A stretch of 64,000 nt of DNA from the NCBI GenBank assembly GCA_041302525.1, contig JBFYQX010000052.1, positions 1,518-65,517 of the forward strand, given 5' to 3'. Shown in pieces: positions 8,398 through 17,555 of this stretch. This stretch comes from Candidatus Bipolaricaulota bacterium (lineage in GTDB: Bacteria > Bipolaricaulota > Bipolaricaulia > UBA7950 > UBA9294). The notes beneath the pieces are model-generated. The model saw only the letters and a program-made list of their open reading frames with translations. It had not been told where the DNA came from and made no database searches. Within the stretch, counting starts at the first letter, position 1. The number at the start of each line of letters is the position of its first letter. The position numbers and the translations under genes were made by a program.

Positions 8398-8738
8398 GTC
8401 TTCCTCCTTTCTGTGAGAAAAGAATAAGACCCAGGGCGTCCCTGGATCCCCACGCCCGTCCGCCTGGTTTCCCGGCGGCAGGCTACTCCGTCGTCGTCAA
8501 GCAGAGAGAGAACTGAGCGTCGTTGACATCCCCGAAGCACAGCGGCTCTCTACGATCTGCCATACCGGAAACCTACCACGAACCGCGCGCAACGTCAATG
8601 CCATGCAGCGCCATGCGGGGGCATTCCCGCTCCGAAGCGGGCAACACGCGCGCGGAGGAGCGCGAGGCGCTGTGCGGATCGTCCAAAGCCCGCGGAGCCC
8701 CTTGCGCCGCGCGACGCGCGTGCGATAGGCTGCGTCTC

Positions 8739-9500
8739 ATGGACCTCTTGGCGTTGGCGCGGGACTTGGCCGCGTGCCACGCGTCGGGCGCGCGGTGGGT
8801 CGAGCTGCCGACCGACCGCTCTGTGGTGTTCGTCGGCGACATTCACGGAGACCTTGATGCTGCGACGCGCGCGCTGGCATTGGCCGGCGCGGAGACTGTC
8901 GTCTTTCTCGGCGACCTGGTCGATCGCGGCCCGGCGTCGCGCGAGGTCCTGGCAGCGGTCGTCGCGGCCAAGCTCGAGCGACCGCAGCGCGTCCACGTCT
9001 TGATGGGAAACCACGAGGCCTGGGCCGTTACGCCGTTCCGTCCGGCAGACTTCTGGCACTCCCTCTCGGCAGACGAAGCCGCGAGCTTGGGCGCGGCACT
9101 GCTGCGCCTTCCGTTCGCCGCCTGGCACCCCGCCGGGGTCCTCGCCCTCCACGGCGCCTTGCCGGACCTCGGAGCGGTGAACGAGATCGCGGACGTCGAG
9201 CCTGGCAGCGAGGCTTGGCGCGACATCACGTGGGGCGACTGGACCGCCGAACCCAACCCGACTCAGCGCGTGGCGTCTCGCCCCCGGCTCGATGCCCGGG
9301 CCTTCGCCCGGCGGAGCGCTCGCCTCGGCGTCCGCGCCCTTGTCCGGTCCCATCAGCCCGACGCGCCGCCCTACCTGTTCGCCGATCGGTGTCTGACCCT
9401 GTTCACGTCGAACGCGTACGGCGGCGCGCGCCGCGTGGCCATTCTGCGCCCCGGGCAGCGCGTGGACTCAGCGCGCGATCTGGAGCTGGTCGACGTGTAG
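8739..9500 (+). CDS. Metallophosphoesterase (calcineurin-like phosphoesterase / Ser-Thr phosphatase family)
   Basis: GDIHGD, GDLVDRG and GNHE motifs. The start MDLLALARD at 8739 is favoured over the upstream Arg/Cys-rich extension of the track ORF. No clear RBS. Confidence 0.7.
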   Translation: MDLLALARDLAACHASGARWVELPTDRSVVFVGDIHGDLDAATRALALAGAETVVFLGDLVDRGPASREVLAAVVAAKLERPQRVHVLMGNHEAWAVTPFRPADFWHSLSADEAASLGAALLRLPFAAWHPAGVLALHGALPDLGAVNEIADVEPGSEAWRDITWGDWTAEPNPTQRVASRPRLDARAFARRSARLGVRALVRSHQPDAPPYLFADRCLTLFTSNAYGGARRVAILRPGQRVDSARDLELVDV

Positions 9501-9586
9501 CTGACTCTTGTCCACGGGCGCGCCACCCGCTATCGTCGGGCAGAGACGGCCGAGTCCCTCTCTGGCCGAGACAAAGGAGTCCCCTG

Positions 9587-10696
9587 ATGCTCGATCCGCG
9601 GGTTGAGAAGCTGGCACAGGTGTTGGTGCAGTACTCGGTGTCCGTCCGCCCCGGCGACAAGGTCTACATCCAGGGCAGCGCGCTCGCCGAGCCTCTTCTC
9701 AAGGCCGTGTTGGTCGAGGTCCTCCGCGCGGGTGGGCACCCGTTTGTCCGCGCCCAGCTTCCCGGGGCCGACGAGCTCTTCTTCCGCCACGCCTCGGACG
9801 AGCAGCTGCGCCATGTAGCTCCCCCGTCACGGCTTCTCTACGAGAGCTACGATGTCATCATCTCCGTCTCCGGATCGGCCAACACCAAGGAGCTGACCCA
9901 GGTTGATCCCGACAAGCTCGTCGCGTCAAAGCAGGCGTCGCGGGAGCTGTTCACCACCTTCATGAGCCGCTCGGCAAGCGGCGCGCTGCGCTGGGTGGGG
10001 ACGCTCTATCCGACGCCTGCGTTCGCGCAAGACGCGGAGATGGGGCTCGTCGAGTACGAGGACTTCGTCTTCGGCGCGTGCTTGCCGGACCGCGACGATC
10101 CGGTCCGCTACTGGCGCGGCGTATCCGCGCAGCAAGCCAAGCTCGTGGAGTGGCTCCAGGGCAAGAAGACGCTTCGCGTCGAGGCGCCCGACGTCGACCT
10201 CCGGATGAGCATCGAGGGCCGGTCATTCGTCAACTGCGACGGCAAGAGGAACATGCCCGACGGGGAGATCTTCACGGGTCCGGTTGAGGAATCTGTGGAA
10301 GGGCACGTTCGCTTTTCTTACCCCACCGTCTACGATGGCCGCCGCCTCGAACAGGTCGAGGTGTGGTTCGAGAGGGGAAGGGTCGTGAAAGCGACCGCCC
10401 AGAAAGGTGACGCATTCCTGCAGAAGACCCTCGACGTGGACGCGGGAGCGCGCTACGTGGGGGAGTTTGCCATCGGCACGAATGAGGGCGTGACGCGCGC
10501 CACGGGAAACACGTTGTTCGACGAGAAGATCGCGGGGAGCTTTCACATGGCGTTGGGCGCCGGCATGCCGGAGACGGGTAGCCGAAACCAGTCGGGCATT
10601 CACTGGGACCTCGTGTGTGACCTCCAGGCCGACGGACGGATCTGGGCGGACGGCGAGCTGTTCTACGAACGCGGCCGCTTCGTCCGTGGGATCTAG
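9587..10696 (+). CDS. Aminopeptidase, M29 family (AmpS / aminopeptidase T-like)
   Basis: 369 aa from ATG 9587, with AAAGGAG 7 nt upstream. It resembles M29 thermophilic aminopeptidases over its whole length (...GEFAIGTNEG...IHWDLV...). Confidence 0.85.
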   Translation: MLDPRVEKLAQVLVQYSVSVRPGDKVYIQGSALAEPLLKAVLVEVLRAGGHPFVRAQLPGADELFFRHASDEQLRHVAPPSRLLYESYDVIISVSGSANTKELTQVDPDKLVASKQASRELFTTFMSRSASGALRWVGTLYPTPAFAQDAEMGLVEYEDFVFGACLPDRDDPVRYWRGVSAQQAKLVEWLQGKKTLRVEAPDVDLRMSIEGRSFVNCDGKRNMPDGEIFTGPVEESVEGHVRFSYPTVYDGRRLEQVEVWFERGRVVKATAQKGDAFLQKTLDVDAGARYVGEFAIGTNEGVTRATGNTLFDEKIAGSFHMALGAGMPETGSRNQSGIHWDLVCDLQADGRIWADGELFYERGRFVRGI

Positions 10697-10711
10697 CGCG
10701 AGGCGCACGCC

Positions 10712-12082
10712 ATGCGGCAGGCTTGGCTCGAGAACACCCACCAAGCGATCGAAGCCTCGGTCGAGAGGATGGAAGAGGACCTTGTGCGCGATCGCCGCGC
10801 CGTACACCGCCACGCCGAGTCGGGCTGGACGGAGTACTGGACGACATCGTTCGTGGGTCGCCGACTCGCCGCCCTCGGCTACGCGCCGTCCATGGGTCGC
10901 GACGTCTGCGCGGCCGACGCGCGCATGGGTCTCCCCGCTCCCCGTGTGCTCGAGGCGTGCCTCGATCGCGCGCGGGATCAAGGGGCGGATGTCCGACACC
11001 TCGAGGCCATGCGCGGCGGATTCACGGGCGCCGTGGCTGCAGGCGGCCGCAATCCCGGGCCACGAGTCGCCTTGCGTTTCGACATCGACGCCCTCGACCT
11101 CGTCGAGAGCGACAGCGCCGATCACCGGCCGGCGCGGGAGGGGTTTGCGTCCGTGAACGCGGAAACATGCCATGCGTGCGGCCACGATGGCCACGTGGCG
11201 ATCGGCCTCGGCGTGGCCCGTGTCCTGTCCGAGCTGTCTCCGTCCGCGCCGGGCTCCTTTCGCCTCATCTTTCAGCCCGCCGAGGAGGGGGTCCGCGGCG
11301 CCCGCTCGATCGTGGAGGCAGGGCATCTGGAGGGTGCTGACTACGTGATCGGCTGCCACCTCTTGCCCGGCTGGGCGGTCGGGGAACTGGCCCCGGGGCT
11401 CGGCGGCTACGCGGCAACCCGCAAGTTCGACGTCGCGTTCGTGGGAGAGGCGGCGCACGCGGGCGCCCGTCCCGAAGGAGGGAGAAACGCCCTGTTGGCC
11501 GCGGCGACGGCCGCCATTCACCTCCATGCCCTGCCACGGCACCATGCCGGGTTCACGCGCGTCCATGTCGGGCGCTTGGAGGCCGGGTCGGGGCGCAACG
11601 TCATCCCCAGCCACGCGCTTCTCGTCGCCGAGGTGCGCGGGGCCACGACCGCGCTGTGCGACGCGATGTACGAGCGCGCCATCCGCGTCATTCAGTCGTC
11701 CGCCGCCCTGTACGGGTGCGAGGCCGAGGTACGGCCGATGGGACAGGCGGGAACCGCAGACAGCGACCCAAGCTTGGCGCGGCAGGTCCGCGCCTCGGCT
11801 GGTTGGGCCGGGCGATTCGCCTTCCACGAGGTGGATAGCGTCGGCGGCAGCGAGGACTTCACCGAGATGATGCGCGCAGTCCAAGCGCACGGCGGGCTGG
11901 CTGTGAACCTCGGCATCGGGGCAGACGCCGGCGGCACGCGGCGAGGCGATGCCGACCGACGTCGCGTCCTCGCGGCCCACAGCGCGACGTTCGACTTCGA
12001 CGAGCGCGCGCTCGGTGTCGCCGTGCGCGTCTTGACTCACTTGACTGTGGATCTGCTCGCGGGGCAGTCCGCCCCGAGATAG
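10712..12082 (+). CDS. M20D-family amidohydrolase / peptidase (AbgA, HmrA, ILR1-like)
   Basis: Carries the HACGHDGH metal-binding motif typical of M20D, and a dimerisation domain. 456 aa. Confidence 0.85.
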   Translation: MRQAWLENTHQAIEASVERMEEDLVRDRRAVHRHAESGWTEYWTTSFVGRRLAALGYAPSMGRDVCAADARMGLPAPRVLEACLDRARDQGADVRHLEAMRGGFTGAVAAGGRNPGPRVALRFDIDALDLVESDSADHRPAREGFASVNAETCHACGHDGHVAIGLGVARVLSELSPSAPGSFRLIFQPAEEGVRGARSIVEAGHLEGADYVIGCHLLPGWAVGELAPGLGGYAATRKFDVAFVGEAAHAGARPEGGRNALLAAATAAIHLHALPRHHAGFTRVHVGRLEAGSGRNVIPSHALLVAEVRGATTALCDAMYERAIRVIQSSAALYGCEAEVRPMGQAGTADSDPSLARQVRASAGWAGRFAFHEVDSVGGSEDFTEMMRAVQAHGGLAVNLGIGADAGGTRRGDADRRRVLAAHSATFDFDERALGVAVRVLTHLTVDLLAGQSAPR

Positions 12083-12144
12083 CTCCCCGCCATGTACGCG
12101 CGTGACGGGTCTCTTGGACTGGACAAACGGCCCAAGACGGGGTA

Positions 12145-12174
12145 TTGACTCGGCCGGAGAGGAGTCGCTATTCT
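12145..12174 (+). promoter_or_regulatory. Candidate sigma70-like promoter for the LysW-like gene: TTGACT-18 nt-TATTCT
   Basis: Sits in a low-GC patch of the 186-bp gap between the M20D gene and the LysW-like gene. Confidence 0.3.
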
Positions 12175-12268
12175 GCGGCCCCGTGGGATAGATGGCGCGG
12201 CCGCAGGGTCGTGGTCGAGGCACCAGGCGACGTGAAATCGGAAGACCCCTGAGGGGAAGGAGAATCAG

Positions 12269-12613
12269 ATGCCAGAGGGGGCGAAGAAGCGACGGGGAAC
12301 GGGCGCTCTCCATGGCGCGCCGAAGCAGCCGGCGGCCGCCACGCCACACAAGGGTCGAGACGCCGGGTCCACGGAGGTCCAGCGAGCCAAGGAACTGACC
12401 GGGGGCAAGATCCTGTGTCCCGTGTGCGACGCGGGGCTCGATCTTGACAAGGACGAGCTCAGTCTGTGGAATCGCGTGCGCTGCGAGGAGTGTGAGGCGC
12501 TGCTCGAGGTGGTCGACGAGGATCCGATTCGCCTGGAGTGGATCGAAGAGGACGACGACTTCGAAGAGGACGACGACCTGGACGCGGACGACGAGGACGA
12601 CGACTACTTCTAG
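12269..12613 (+). CDS. LysW-like zinc-ribbon protein with a basic disordered N-terminus and a long polyacidic C-terminal tail ending DDDYF
   Basis: GAAGGAG RBS before the ATG. The core CPVCDAGLDLD...VRCEECEALLEVVDEDPIRLEWIEE parallels the LysW/ArgW carrier-protein architecture (CPxC...CxxC, LEVV, DP-RLE, acidic tail). The C-terminus is Phe, not Glu. Confidence 0.7.
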   Translation: MPEGAKKRRGTGALHGAPKQPAAATPHKGRDAGSTEVQRAKELTGGKILCPVCDAGLDLDKDELSLWNRVRCEECEALLEVVDEDPIRLEWIEEDDDFEEDDDLDADDEDDDYF

Positions 12614-12640
12614 GCCTCAAAGCGTAGGGGATGTGCCCGC

Positions 12641-12665
12641 CGGAGGGCGGGAAGACCGCCCTCCG
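12641..12665. terminator. Candidate bidirectional terminator hairpin between the convergent LysW-like and corA genes: CGGAGGGCGG-gaagac-CCGCCCTCCG
   Basis: Perfect 10-bp GC stem with a 6-nt loop, located between the two stop codons at 12613 and 12673. Confidence 0.45.
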
Positions 12666-12672
12666 CGAACGC

Positions 12673-13734
12673 CTACAGCCATCGCTTCCTGCGGAAGTAG
12701 ACCAGCATTCCCAGCGAGACGACGGCCATGGCGGCAAGCACGGCGTAGTGGCCGTAACGCCATTCCAGTTCGGGCACGAAGCGGAAGTTCATCTCGTAGA
12801 TGGCGGCGAGGAACGACAGCGGGATGAACAGGGTCGTGATCATCGTCAGCGCCTTCATGACCTCGTTGGTGCGGTTGGCGATGCTCGACAGGTACACGTC
12901 CATGAGGCTGGTCATCATCTCGCGGTACGTCTCCACTGTGTCGAGAATCTGCGCGACGCGGTCGTACACGTCGCGCAAGTACGGCAGCGTCTCGGCCGCG
13001 AGCAGCGGGCTCTCGCCGTGCTCCAGGCGACCGAGGATCTCGCGAAGCGGCCAGATGGCCTTGCGCATGAACAAGAGATCGCGCTTCAGGCGCCTCAGGG
13101 CGTCGAGTTCCATCGCGCCGGGGTCCGTGGTGACGCGCTCGTAGGTCTCCTCAAGGCGGTCCCCTACGTCTTCGAGAACAGCGAAATAGTGATCGACGAC
13201 GGCGTCGAGCAGGGCGCAGAACCGGTAGTCGGCGCCCGCGGTGCGGATGCGCCCGCCGCCGGCGCGAATGCGCGCTCGGACCGGGTCGAACACATCCCCC
13301 TCGCACTCCTGAAACGAGATGACCCACCCGTTGTCTAGCACGAGGCTGACCTGCTCGTCGTCGATCTGCCGCGACGCGTCGGCCATCCGCAGCATGCGCA
13401 GGGAAACGAGCAAAGACGACGCGGACTCCTCCAGTGTCGGCCGCTCGCCGGTGTGCATCCCGTCTTCGAGAATGAGCGGGTGAATGTGGGCGGACGCCCC
13501 GATCTGCTCGATGGCCGGCGCCTCATGCACGCCGTCCACGTCGAGCCGCAAGACCCCGCCCGCGAGCTCTCGCTCGAGCGCGGCAGCGAGGGTCAGATGC
13601 CCTTCGACGACACGTTCCGCGTTGCACTCAATCTTGGCCCACTGCGTCGCCGGGCCGTACACGCGTCTGATGTGGACCAACGTGCCGGGCGGCTGTCCAA
13701 GCGACGTCCGCGTGGGTCGGACGAGCTTCGCCAT
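12673..13734 (-). CDS. corA: CorA-family divalent cation (Mg2+/Co2+) transporter
   Basis: 354 aa. Cytoplasmic domain plus two C-terminal TM helices carrying the YEMNF variant of the YGMNF motif. The start MAKLVRP has GGAGG 4 nt upstream; the track ORF is extended upstream of this. Confidence 0.85.
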   Translation of the reverse strand: MAKLVRPTRTSLGQPPGTLVHIRRVYGPATQWAKIECNAERVVEGHLTLAAALERELAGGVLRLDVDGVHEAPAIEQIGASAHIHPLILEDGMHTGERPTLEESASSLLVSLRMLRMADASRQIDDEQVSLVLDNGWVISFQECEGDVFDPVRARIRAGGGRIRTAGADYRFCALLDAVVDHYFAVLEDVGDRLEETYERVTTDPGAMELDALRRLKRDLLFMRKAIWPLREILGRLEHGESPLLAAETLPYLRDVYDRVAQILDTVETYREMMTSLMDVYLSSIANRTNEVMKALTMITTLFIPLSFLAAIYEMNFRFVPELEWRYGHYAVLAAMAVVSLGMLVYFRRKRWL

Positions 13735-13862
13735 CGGGCCTCCGCCCGGACAGCACGCGTCGCCTCCCCGCTTGGCAAGCCGCAGGCTGCAGGTCCGACG
13801 AGGTTGTGTCCCGCCGAGCCGGTGAAGTACGCTTGCCCGTCCCGACGCTTGGGACACCGCGC

Positions 13863-14513
13863 ATGGACAAGACGATGCTCCGTCCCCTGGTCTTCGACAT
13901 CCTGCGGCGCACGCCGCAGACGCATCTTCACGCGATCGAGAACGAGGTGCGTCAGAAGGTCGAAGGCTACGAGCGAGGCGACGCGCTGGCCGTACAGGAG
14001 GCCGTCTGGGACCTCCTGCTGCAGGGCGTGCTTGCGCCGGGAAAGAACTCGCTCAACCTGCACCTTCCCTTCGTGCACGTGACGGAGTACGGGCAGCGCT
14101 GCCTGGAAGAAGAGACGATTGCTGTCTACGACCCGGACGGGTACATCGCGCGGCTGCGCGCCGACACCGAGGGCAAGATGTCGGTCACCGCGCTCGAGAC
14201 GGCGCGCGACGCGCTGCTGGCGTTTCAGCGAGGTCTGTTTCGTGCATCTCTGGTCTTGCTCTCCCGCGCCGCCGTGGCCGTGCTCGAGGAGACGGGCAGC
14301 GCGCAAGCTCCGCCATCCGCCGCCGGCGAGCCATGGCGCGTTGAGCTGGTAGCGCTGGCGTCCCTTGCGCACCAGGAGACACTGCGCCCACGCCTTCCGG
14401 AGGCCGAGCGCGAGACGGCCCTGGGACGGCTGTTCCTGTTTCCGGCGCAGTGCCGCTCCGCGTACACTTTGCTCGCTCGGCCCCGACGGGGCCGAGCGTC
14501 GTCCGGCGCCTGA
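13863..14513 (+). CDS. Hypothetical protein, 216 aa; first gene of a three-gene cassette
   Basis: ATG at 13863. No family recognised. It is followed closely by a DUF606 membrane protein and a GTGA-overlapped third gene. Confidence 0.55.
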   Translation: MDKTMLRPLVFDILRRTPQTHLHAIENEVRQKVEGYERGDALAVQEAVWDLLLQGVLAPGKNSLNLHLPFVHVTEYGQRCLEEETIAVYDPDGYIARLRADTEGKMSVTALETARDALLAFQRGLFRASLVLLSRAAVAVLEETGSAQAPPSAAGEPWRVELVALASLAHQETLRPRLPEAERETALGRLFLFPAQCRSAYTLLARPRRGRASSGA

Positions 14514-14547
14514 GAGTGGGCGCCGCCCGCGGAGAGGAGGAGGGGGA

Positions 14548-14986
14548 CGTGGGTGCAGCGTTCGGCGCCGCGGTGGCAGCCATCGCAGCGGGAGTGGCCA
14601 TCTCGCTTCAGTCGTTGTTCTCGGGGGTCATGGGGCGGCGCATCGGCGTCGTCGAAACGACGTTCGTGATCCACCTCGTCGGGCTGTCGCTCGCCGGCCT
14701 CTTGGTGGCTGTCGCCCGCGGCGGGAGCCTCGGCGCGTGGCGCAGCGTGCCGTGGTACACCTACAGCGCCGGTTTCCTAGGCGTCGGCATCGTCGCGGCC
14801 GTCAGCTTCGCCGTGCCGCGGCTCGGCCTCGCCACCTCGCTCACGTTGACCGTCGTCGCGCAGCTCGCGCTCGGGGCGATCCTCGACCACTTCGGGTGGC
14901 TGGGCGCCGCGCCTCATCCCCTCGGAGCGGGGCGAGCTCTCGGCATGGCGCTCCTGCTCGTCGGGACCTGGCTCGTCGTCCGGTGA
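14548..14986 (+). CDS. DUF606 / YdcZ-like small inner-membrane protein of the DMT superfamily; 146 aa, 4-5 TM helices
   Basis: GTG 14548 follows GGAGAGGAGGAGGGGG. The protein is hydrophobic (VGAAFGAAVAAIAAGVAISLQSLFSGV...). Confidence 0.6.
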
Positions 14987-15699
14987 GATCCCACAAGGCC
15001 TCAGACGAGCCCGGAGCCGGCGGAGGCGCCCCGGGCATTGGACTCCTAAACGAAAGACCTCTCCACGCGTCGCTCAAGCGGTGGCTGGCCGAGGACGGCG
15101 ATCGCTTCGAGGTCCCCGTGGACGGGTTCGTGGCCGACATCGTGCGAGGGCGCACGATCATCGAGATCGAAACCGCGCCATCGCCACGCCTGCGACGCAA
15201 GCTGTCGTCGTTCCTGCGCCGCTACGCGGTGCGGCTGGTGGTGCCCGTCGCGGCGCGCAAGACGATCGTCTGCACGGGGGACGATGGAGGCGAGACCCGA
15301 CGGCGGGTCTCGTCGCGACACCTCGGACCGATGGACGTGTTCCGGCATCTCGTCACGCTCGGCGAGTTGCTAGGGGACTCGAACCTCACGGTGGACGTCG
15401 TCTTGGTTCATGCGGAGGAGGTCCGCCGTCCATCGCCGCGCCGGAAGAGGTTCGTCGTCGCGGAGCGGCGCCTCGTCGAGGTTCTTGATTGCGTCTCCTT
15501 CCATCATCCCGCCGACTACCTCGGCGTCCTGCCGGCGTCGCTCGCCGAGGGCTTCACGACCGCGGACCTCGCGCGCGCCATCGGCCAGCCACGCTGGATG
15601 GCGCAGAAGATCGCCTACGTGCTGCGAACCGTCGGCGTCCTCTGCGTCGTCGGGAAGTCGGGCAACGCGCTCCGCTACGCGCGTGCCCGATCGATCTGA
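14983..15699 (+). CDS. Hypothetical protein, about 238 aa. The N-terminal region may be a PD-(D/E)xK nuclease-like fold; the C-terminus looks like a winged HTH.
   Basis: This is the 3' part of the 14365..15699 track ORF (the 5' part of that ORF overlaps the DUF606 gene in another frame). A GTG at 14983 overlaps the DUF606 TGA stop, suggesting translational coupling. Candidate nuclease-like and HTH motifs are FEVPVDGFVADIVRGRTIIEIE and FTTADLARAIGQPRWMAQKIAYVLRTVG. Confidence 0.5.
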   Translation: MRSHKASDEPGAGGGAPGIGLLNERPLHASLKRWLAEDGDRFEVPVDGFVADIVRGRTIIEIETAPSPRLRRKLSSFLRRYAVRLVVPVAARKTIVCTGDDGGETRRRVSSRHLGPMDVFRHLVTLGELLGDSNLTVDVVLVHAEEVRRPSPRRKRFVVAERRLVEVLDCVSFHHPADYLGVLPASLAEGFTTADLARAIGQPRWMAQKIAYVLRTVGVLCVVGKSGNALRYARARSI

Positions 15700-15730
15700 A
15701 GGCGAGCGCCGATGCGGGTACGATCGGGGC

Positions 15731-16402
15731 ATGAGTGAGGTGAGACCTCGCGCGCATCAGCTTCCGGAGTACACGCTCGGCGAGGAGATCGCCAACAGCG
15801 CCACGCACGGCGTCGGCGCGCTGCTCAGCCTGCTCGGGACGACGCTCCTCCTCTATCGCGCAGTGCGTTCAGGCACGACACTGCACGTCGTCAGCTTCTC
15901 CATCTACGGCGCATGCCTGTTCCTGCTGCACCTCTCGTCGACCCTGTACCATGCCCTGCGCCCGCCGCGCGCGAAGAAGGTGTTTCGCGTCTTCGACCAC
16001 TGCTCGATCTACCTCCTGATCGCCGGGACATACACGCCATTTCTCCTCCTGTCGTTGTGGGGCAGTTGGGGACTGACTCTGTTGATCGCCATCTGGAGCC
16101 TGGCGATCGCCGGCGTCGTCTTCAAGAGCCTCTTCATCCACCGTCTGAAGAAGGCGTCGGTTGTCCTCTACGTGCTGATGGGTTGGATGATCGTCGTTGC
16201 GGCTCGCGAGGCCTGGTTGCGTGTGCCGCACGCAGCCATCGGTTACGTCGCTGCGGGCGGCCTCTCGTACACGGCCGGCGTCGCCTTCTACGCCTGGAAG
16301 AGGCTGCCGTACAACCATGCGATCTGGCACCTGTTTGTCCTCGGCGGGAGCATCTGCCACTACGTCGCGATCCTCGTCTACCTCTTGCCGCCGGCTGCCT
16401 AG
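15731..16402 (+). CDS. Hemolysin-III / PAQR family integral membrane protein
   Basis: 223 aa with 7 TM helices and the conserved His-containing motifs (...NSATHGVGA..., ...HLSSTLYH..., ...HAIWHLFVLGGSICH...). Confidence 0.85.
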   Translation: MSEVRPRAHQLPEYTLGEEIANSATHGVGALLSLLGTTLLLYRAVRSGTTLHVVSFSIYGACLFLLHLSSTLYHALRPPRAKKVFRVFDHCSIYLLIAGTYTPFLLLSLWGSWGLTLLIAIWSLAIAGVVFKSLFIHRLKKASVVLYVLMGWMIVVAAREAWLRVPHAAIGYVAAGGLSYTAGVAFYAWKRLPYNHAIWHLFVLGGSICHYVAILVYLLPPAA

Positions 16403-16445
16403 CGCTGGAGGCAGGCGGTTCGAGCCGCTAAGATCAGGCCGGCAG

Positions 16446-16472
16446 ACGACCTCCGCGGTCGTCTCTGTCTTG
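16446..16472 (+). terminator. Candidate intrinsic terminator after the hemolysin-III gene: GACGACC-tccgc-GGTCGTC followed by TCTGTCTT
   Basis: 7-bp stem followed by a T-rich tract, between the hlyIII stop (16402) and the ychF start (16482). Confidence 0.35.
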
Positions 16473-16481
16473 GGGGTTCAC

Positions 16482-17555
16482 ATGGCGCTACGTTGCGGTT
16501 TCATCGGCCGCCCCGGCTGCGGCAAGACGACAGTGTTCAATGCGATCACGTCCGCCGGAGCGTCGTCGTTCGACGCCGCGGAACTGCACCGCGCGACGGT
16601 CGAGGTTCCCGACCCGCGCGTCGAGGATCTCGTTCGGCTCTACCAGCCGAAGAAGGTCGTCCGGGCGGCGGTTGAGGTGGCGGACATCCCCGGCCTCGCC
16701 TCCGGCGACGCGGCGGGCGGCGGACGTGCTTCGCGCCTCTTGTCTCACATCAAAGAGGCCGACGTCTTGATTCACGTGGTGCGCTGTTTCGGCTCGGCCG
16801 ACGGCGCGCCGAGTCCCGTCCACGACGTCGAACTCGTCGACCTCGAGTTGATGGCAACGGACGCCGCGACGCTGGAGCGAAAGCGCGACCGCATCGTCAA
16901 GCGCGCCCGCTCTGGCGACCAGGACGCCGCCGCGGAACTGGACGACTGCGAGCGGGTCCGCGATCGGCTCCACGACGGCATCCCGGCCAGACGGCAAGGG
17001 CTCTCCGAACGCGAGCAGACGAGTGTGCGCGAGTGCAATCTCCTGTCGCAGAAGCCCGTCCTCTACGTGGCCAACGTCGCCTCCGCCGACGCCATGGACG
17101 GGCCGGCCGTCGTCGCCCTGCGCGCGTGGGCCCTGGACGAGGGAGCGGAGACCGTCGCCGTCTGCGGCCGCGACGAGGCCGACGTGAGCGAGCTCGAACC
17201 TGAGGAGCGCGCCCCGTTCCTCGCTGAGCTGGGGCTGCGCGAGCTGTCGATCGAGCGCGTCCTCCACGCCGCATACCGCGAGCTCGGGCTCGTCGACTTC
17301 TTCACTGCCGGCGAGCGTGAGGTTCACGTGTGGACGTGCCGCGCTGGAGACAAGGCCCCGACCGCGGCGGGCAGGATCCACACCGACATGGAGCGCGGGT
17401 TCGTGCGCATGGAGGTCATTCGCTGCGTGGACCTCACCGAGCTCGGATCGGAGGACGCGGTCGCCAAGGCCGGCCGGCGGCGTCTCGAAGGGCGCGAGTA
17501 CGAGGTCGAAGACGGCGACATCGTGATCGTCCGCTTCACGCCGCCCCGAACGTAG
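16482..17555 (+). CDS. ychF: YchF-like ribosome-binding ATPase (Obg-family P-loop NTPase)
   Basis: N-terminal P-loop GRPGCGKTTVFNA, a YchF-type G domain with a coiled-coil insert, and a C-terminal TGS domain (...FTAGEREVHVWTCRAGDKAPTAAGRIHTDMERGFVRMEV...). Confidence 0.85.
   Translation: MALRCGFIGRPGCGKTTVFNAITSAGASSFDAAELHRATVEVPDPRVEDLVRLYQPKKVVRAAVEVADIPGLASGDAAGGGRASRLLSHIKEADVLIHVVRCFGSADGAPSPVHDVELVDLELMATDAATLERKRDRIVKRARSGDQDAAAELDDCERVRDRLHDGIPARRQGLSEREQTSVRECNLLSQKPVLYVANVASADAMDGPAVVALRAWALDEGAETVAVCGRDEADVSELEPEERAPFLAELGLRELSIERVLHAAYRELGLVDFFTAGEREVHVWTCRAGDKAPTAAGRIHTDMERGFVRMEVIRCVDLTELGSEDAVAKAGRRRLEGREYEVEDGDIVIVRFTPPRT

Noticed and set aside
8523-8738. Longer N-terminus for the phosphoesterase (track start 8523 or the ATG at 8598)
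   Set aside because: The upstream extension is Arg/Cys/Ala-rich with no phosphoesterase homology. The conserved GDIHGD region begins shortly after M at 8739. No RBS is evident at any candidate, so the start remains uncertain.
14365-15699. 444-aa ORF treated as one gene
   Set aside because: Its first about 200 codons overlap the DUF606 membrane gene in another frame and are Arg/Gly-rich. Only the part from the GTG at 14983 onward looks protein-like.
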